A DNA stretch of 20,000 bases, from IMG/VR virus record IMGVR_UViG_3300025030_000084, one strand, 5' to 3'. This stretch comes from an uncultured virus (IMG/VR IMGVR_UViG_3300025030_000084) (taxonomy: Duplodnaviria; Heunggongvirae; Uroviricota; Caudoviricetes). Made by a program: the position numbers and the translations under genes. Numbering within the stretch: position 1 is the first letter of the stretch; each line of letters begins with the position of its first letter. The notes under the pieces are model-generated. The model saw only the letters and a program-made list of their open reading frames with translations. It did not search any database and was not told the origin of the DNA. This document shows positions 15,639-20,000 of this stretch, in pieces.

Positions 15639-18176
15639 ATGGGAGATTTGGTTGCTGGGAGAGTCATAACTAAAGAAGTGGTTCTGTGGACCAGTCCGGA
15701 ATTTCACGGTGCCAAAGCGCAGGAGGGTATTGATGATACTGCGGCAATTAATGCGGCTTTGTTGCTCGGGGCAGGCAAGCATGTGTTCTTCGGACACGGT
15801 AAAACATACTGGGTCAATGGCAGCTTGCTGAAGGTGTATCCGAACACCACACTGCACTTGCACGGAGCTACTATAAAAATGCTTCCGGGTAGCTACACAG
15901 CAGGGGCTTACTTCTTCGGTAACTCCACGCAGATAAGCTGGCCCTCGGAAGAGCCGGAAGTGGCTGATGTTAAGTTCTTTGGGGGTTTGTTGGACGGCAA
16001 CATTGCCAACGTAACTACCACGAATGGCACGACCGGGATTCACGCCTACAGGGCAAAGGATTGGGTTATCGAGGATGTGACGATCAAGGATCTTGCCGGA
16101 GACATAGGTGTGGGTTATGGTGTTATCGGTTCTATGTCTAATGGAATCCGCATGAACCGCTGCAAAATCAGCAGAACGCCCCGTTCCAATGTTTATATAT
16201 GGGAAACCAAAAACTTCGTAATTGACGGATGCACTTTTGAGGGTTCCCATTATCGCGACTGTGTATCCGCTGGCGGCAATATCCCGCTCCAGCTTCAATC
16301 GTCTACCTTCTCGATTACGAATAGCTGGATGAAGAATACCCTTTCTACCTCAACTCACGTAATTCGGTGCTCGGGTCCGTGTGAGGGTTTCTTGAGCAAC
16401 GTAGACTTGATCGGCTACATAGCAGGTAATGGCGGAGGTAAGGGGGCAAAAGCCACTGTAACCGTAAGTAGTGGTGTCGTAACTACCATAACAGTTACTA
16501 ATGGCGGGAGCGGATATGTCACAGCGCCTATGGTAAAAATCATCGGGGGCGGTACGGGAGCAACTGCAACAGCAACGATATCCGGTGGTGCTGTAACTGC
16601 GATCAATGTGACCGCAGGGGGTACTGGTTACAGCCTTGCGGAAGTTCAATTCATTTCCGGGGGTTCTGGAGCAATAGCAACTTCGGTAACATCAGGTGGT
16701 GCTATAACTGCGATCAATGTGACCGCTATAGGTTCTAAGTATGATAGTTCTCCCGAAGTTCGTATTTATGGTGGTGGTGGCAGAATTGCTACCGCTACAG
16801 CTTCAGTTGCAGACATGGTAAACACTATAGCCATAACAAACGGAGGTAGTGGCTATACTTCGGCTCCTGATATATCAATAACTGGTGGAAACGGCAGTGG
16901 GGCGACTGCCGTGGCGACAATCACAGATGGTATAGTCACCGGAATAACTATCACTGCCCGTGGCACCGGATACACCGCCGTACCTACCGTATCCTTCTCA
17001 GGGGGAGAGGGTACAGGAGCAGCGGCAACTGTTACCGTAGCTCGTGGTGTTTCTTCCATAGCTGTTACTGATGGAGGAAGCGGTTACACTGGTTCTCCTA
17101 CAGTTTATATTGGGACGGGTACGGAAGGGATTTACATTACCAGCGAAGCTTTTCAGGATATCAAAGGCATCAACGTTCGGATCAATAACGCATACTACGG
17201 CATTTTGGTAGAGAGTAACATAAAGCGGAATGTTGAGTTTACCAATTTGTCTATTGGGGCTATGGAAGATTGCGTTAACGGGGTTCGTGTCAATGCCAAT
17301 GGAACTACCATAAAGTTAAATGGCGGGACTATCAAAGCTCTCACAACCCCGCTGTATATAAACTTCACACCTTCTTATTCGGTCCAGGGGGTGGACCTTA
17401 TCGGAGGCACTACTGCTTCTACTGTCAGTAGTCAGATAGGAGGCATGGCCAGATTTGTCGGTAACGGGGCAAACGGAAATACGAATACCGGAGGTTACTG
17501 TGTTCTGTTTGGTGGGGATGGGGAGCCTATCATTGTAGGCAATAGAACTGTAGGCAATACAGCCAACCTCATGCGGTGTATTACCTCGGCGATTGCCTAC
17601 GGCAACAATTCGCTACAGGTGGACGGTGTTTTGAAGACCGGTATGCTAGCCAAGAAAGGAACGACCGCTGCTCGACCTACCCTAACCAGTTCGGATACTG
17701 GAGCTTTACATCTTGATACTACCTTAGCTGCTTCAGGAATGCCCATCTTCTGGACGGGTTCTCAATGGGTAACTGCATTAGGTAATACAGGGGAGCATGT
17801 ATCCTCCTTGATACCTATCGGTTCCGCAGTATCCTTGACAAATAACGTAGCAACAAACGTAACTAGCGTTGTGCTTACGGCGGGGGAATGGGATGTTGAA
17901 GGTAACGTAAACTTATCGGCTAGTGGTGCAACTGTAACCGCTATGTCGGCGGGCGGGACTTCTACTTCATCCACCGTTCCCACTGACGGGTCGGAAGTAT
18001 ATGATGGGCAGCAATCGACAACTACAACTTTTAAAACTTCATTGGCTATCCCAAGAAAGAGGATTAGTCTTTCTGCGACAACTACGATCTACATGGTAGC
18101 AAAAGTAACTTTTTCCGCTGGTACTGTTGCGGCATTCGGTGCGATCATCGCACGACGTTCTCATCACGTAGCTTAA
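15639..18176 (+). CDS. Tailspike / parallel beta-helix receptor-binding protein with internal Gly-rich repeats (845 aa)
   Basis: SD TAAAGGAG. Pectate_lyase_3-like cap (PEFHGAK..GIDDTAAINAAL...G-KTY), beta-helix-type periodicity, six 37-39 aa repeats, GTTAARP...DTT...W-x-G-x-x-W motif and a C-terminal beta-sandwich. Confidence 0.85.
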   Translation: MGDLVAGRVITKEVVLWTSPEFHGAKAQEGIDDTAAINAALLLGAGKHVFFGHGKTYWVNGSLLKVYPNTTLHLHGATIKMLPGSYTAGAYFFGNSTQISWPSEEPEVADVKFFGGLLDGNIANVTTTNGTTGIHAYRAKDWVIEDVTIKDLAGDIGVGYGVIGSMSNGIRMNRCKISRTPRSNVYIWETKNFVIDGCTFEGSHYRDCVSAGGNIPLQLQSSTFSITNSWMKNTLSTSTHVIRCSGPCEGFLSNVDLIGYIAGNGGGKGAKATVTVSSGVVTTITVTNGGSGYVTAPMVKIIGGGTGATATATISGGAVTAINVTAGGTGYSLAEVQFISGGSGAIATSVTSGGAITAINVTAIGSKYDSSPEVRIYGGGGRIATATASVADMVNTIAITNGGSGYTSAPDISITGGNGSGATAVATITDGIVTGITITARGTGYTAVPTVSFSGGEGTGAAATVTVARGVSSIAVTDGGSGYTGSPTVYIGTGTEGIYITSEAFQDIKGINVRINNAYYGILVESNIKRNVEFTNLSIGAMEDCVNGVRVNANGTTIKLNGGTIKALTTPLYINFTPSYSVQGVDLIGGTTASTVSSQIGGMARFVGNGANGNTNTGGYCVLFGGDGEPIIVGNRTVGNTANLMRCITSAIAYGNNSLQVDGVLKTGMLAKKGTTAARPTLTSSDTGALHLDTTLAASGMPIFWTGSQWVTALGNTGEHVSSLIPIGSAVSLTNNVATNVTSVVLTAGEWDVEGNVNLSASGATVTAMSAGGTSTSSTVPTDGSEVYDGQQSTTTTFKTSLAIPRKRISLSATTTIYMVAKVTFSAGTVAAFGAIIARRSHHVA
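16431..17114 (+). repeat. Six tandem ~38-codon repeats, consensus GG-x-GA-x-AT...V-x-x-I-x-(V/I)T-x-GGSGY-x-x-x-P-x-V
   Basis: 684 nt = 228 aa = 6 units, visible in translation. Units 2 and 3 share a 32-nt DNA repeat with one mismatch (16584-16615 and 16695-16726). Confidence 0.9.
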
Positions 18177-18189
18177 GGGGGTAGTTGCA

Positions 18190-18471
18190 ATGAGTCTTGA
18201 AATCTGGAAAGTTGATACTAAACCCATTGTTTGTTCTGTAGGCGTTGCACTTGACGAACATCTCTTTACATTGACAGCAACCCATGCTACATTGCCCGAC
18301 GAAATCGTTACGATAGAAGGTGAAATAACTGATAGCGAAAATGGTACGTTTCAGTTTCCAAGAAATGCAGAGACGTTTGAGGAAGGGACGTATAGCGCAA
18401 CGATCAGCATTCAGCATCCGACAGGCAACGAGACTTCGGACCCCTTTTATATCAATGTAGGCGTGGCGTGA
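18190..18471 (+). CDS. Small beta-sandwich adaptor-like protein (BppU N-terminal-like, 93 aa)
   Basis: SD AAGGGGG. The pattern GEITD..NG...F...GTY-x-A-x-I...F-x-I-x-V resembles Ig-like upper-baseplate modules. Confidence 0.55.
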   Translation: MSLEIWKVDTKPIVCSVGVALDEHLFTLTATHATLPDEIVTIEGEITDSENGTFQFPRNAETFEEGTYSATISIQHPTGNETSDPFYINVGVA

Positions 18472-18481
18472 GGGCGATTGC

Positions 18482-18844
18482 ATGACAACCCCGATTACAA
18501 TTCATAGCACTCGTTATACGATAGCAATCCAACAAAGTCGCCCCTCCATTACAATTGATCCCCGCACAAGCGTTGTTGTGGTGGGCCTGAAAGGGGGATT
18601 GCCGGGACCGAGAGGGCTTCAGGGACCGCCGGGATTGGGTAGCGGTGGGGTTATAACCGCAGTAACTACAGCAACAGGAGAGCTTGTTGTTCCTCAGATA
18701 ATAGATGGTGTTTTAGATTGGGTTATTTCCGGTTATAGTCAGGCTTCACCAGATATTTTTATTGCAGAAACGGGTGAATCACTACAAGCTTTTGTGACCA
18801 ATGGGGATGAAGGACAAAAATTCATAGAATGGAGGGTGTTATGA
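18482..18844 (+). CDS. Small fibre-associated protein with a short collagen-like stretch (120 aa)
   Basis: G-X-Y run GLP GPR GLQ GPP G at 18596-18634; sits in the fibre gene cluster with tight spacing. Confidence 0.65.
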   Translation: MTTPITIHSTRYTIAIQQSRPSITIDPRTSVVVVGLKGGLPGPRGLQGPPGLGSGGVITAVTTATGELVVPQIIDGVLDWVISGYSQASPDIFIAETGESLQAFVTNGDEGQKFIEWRVL

Positions 18845-20000
18845 GATTGAAGTTGTGTTTGATAGCTGTATTTATCGCCGTTGCTTTTTCTGTATACGGC
18901 GGAGTACCTGCCAGTACAGGTTTATTGACAGACTCCGGGAAGATTCAGGGTGTACCAGTAAGAAAACTTACCGTAGCCGACGATGGGAAAGTACCCACTT
19001 TCGTTAACTCTTCTAGTGCTATCAAATGGCGGGTTGTTGGTAGTGGATCGGTAGCAAGTCATGAAGCCAATTATGATCATCTGGACATACCCGGCTCCAG
19101 TGAGAAAGACGCGCTAGTAGGGACCAACGGTACACCGGGGGCGGCTAACCCCTTCGTGACAAATTCTGACCCGCGTATGACTGATTCTCGTGCGCCTATT
19201 GCACACAATCAAGCGGCAACCACCATAACTTCCGGTGTGTTGGATGGTGACAGGTTGCCCGTTATCTCCACTACAAAGAAGGGTTCAGTTCCTGCTACCG
19301 GTACGCCATCAGGAAAGTATTTGTATGATAACGGCACATGGGCTGATCTTTCACCTTCTTTTTCGTCTCTTACCGGCACACCTACTGATAACACTGCTTT
19401 AGGTGATGCTTTAGCAGGTAAGCTTGATGCTACAGGTAGTGGTGCTGGATTAACCGGTTTGACGCCTAGTCAAGTTGGAGCTGAACCCGCCGACGCCACC
19501 ATCATAAAAGAGGCTGACATAGGCGTTACGGTCATGGCTCCCTCCGGCTCCCAGGCATCCACAACCGGGATCGGCGGGGATGTGGTGACAGCCCTCAGCC
19601 TCAAGGCCGACACGGCAGACCTCGGCACCGCAGCCTCAGCCGACATAGGCATCACGGCAGGAACGGTAGCGGCGGGGGATGATAGCAGGTTCGGGGTGGA
19701 CTCGACAGCGAGATCGGCGGCTGTGGCGGCTCAGGCTACAGCTAATAGCGCGTTGCAGCCGGGGGGAGATGGGAGCGGGCTGACGGGGATCACGGTGGGG
19801 CAAGTGGGGGCTGCAAAAGCACTGACGGGAGTTGTGCAGTCCGCCGCGCTGTGCAACGGCTCAACGGACGACACGGCGACGATCCATGCCGAAGCTAACG
19901 CAATTTCCTCTGGCTACGTCCAGTTGCCAGCAGGTAATTGCATCATTGGTACGTCAGCAACATTGACCCTTCCTGCCAAGGTGGGTTTAGTTGGGGCGGG
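18841..20000 (+). CDS. Fibre/tailspike protein with apparent N-terminal signal peptide (3' truncated, at least 386 aa; absent from the ORF track)
   Basis: I translated 18841-20000 with no stop. SD GGAGG at 18831-18835 and ATGA overlap. It begins MRLKLCLIAVFIAVAFSVYG, contains fibre motifs (SDPRMTDSRAPIAH, ITSGVLDGDRLP, KYLYDNGTW, GTVAAGDDSRF) and ends in a beta-helix cap NGSTDDTATI...VQLPAG...LVGA. Confidence 0.85.
   Translation, partial: MRLKLCLIAVFIAVAFSVYGGVPASTGLLTDSGKIQGVPVRKLTVADDGKVPTFVNSSSAIKWRVVGSGSVASHEANYDHLDIPGSSEKDALVGTNGTPGAANPFVTNSDPRMTDSRAPIAHNQAATTITSGVLDGDRLPVISTTKKGSVPATGTPSGKYLYDNGTWADLSPSFSSLTGTPTDNTALGDALAGKLDATGSGAGLTGLTPSQVGAEPADATIIKEADIGVTVMAPSGSQASTTGIGGDVVTALSLKADTADLGTAASADIGITAGTVAAGDDSRFGVDSTARSAAVAAQATANSALQPGGDGSGLTGITVGQVGAAKALTGVVQSAALCNGSTDDTATIHAEANAISSGYVQLPAGNCIIGTSATLTLPAKVGLVGA

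Noticed and set aside
16584..16726. 32-nt near-identical repeat pair as a DGR template/variable repeat or CRISPR remnant
   Set aside because: Only two short copies, in frame within protein repeats, one mismatch, and no reverse transcriptase or cas gene in the window.
18841..18900. Lipoprotein (spanin-like) or holin interpretation of the hydrophobic N-terminus
   Set aside because: The only Cys is at position 6, not in a lipobox after the hydrophobic region, and the rest of the ORF is a long fibre/beta-helix sequence.
423..19655. Many minus-strand and alternate-frame ORFs in the track (e.g. 4276-4962, 15600-16298, 3621-4169)
   Set aside because: All overlap well-supported + strand genes, show no recognisable motifs, and are expected shadows of Ala/Thr/Gly-rich coding sequence.
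1..20000. Contractile tail, tailocin or gene transfer agent identity
   Set aside because: No sheath or baseplate wedge genes, a capsid gene is present, and the 1908-aa tape measure is far longer than that of RcGTA-type particles.

Overview
The whole window is one co-oriented (+ strand) late morphogenesis operon of a long-tailed, non-contractile (siphovirus-type) phage or prophage. In order: C-terminus of the major capsid protein, two small head-associated genes, head-tail adaptor, closure, neck (HK97 gp10-like) and tail terminator, a 396-aa tail tube, a tail assembly chaperone pair joined by a clear -1 slippery site (A AAA AAC), a 1908-aa tape measure protein, a 951-aa hub-like tail-tip protein with a large lectin/LamG insertion, a Dit-like protein, and a cluster of fibre/tailspike/adaptor genes. 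The last gene (18841 to the window end, missing from the ORF track) is a fibre/beta-helix protein that starts with an apparent Sec signal peptide. The two most unusual observations are that signal-peptide-bearing tailspike and a compact, foldable intergenic RNA element (three-way junction with an anti-Shine-Dalgarno loop) between the tail tube and chaperone genes. All product calls come from motif recognition and gene order; no searches were run. No integrase, lysis, RNA genes, CRISPR or IS elements are visible, so free phage versus prophage and the host cannot be decided.
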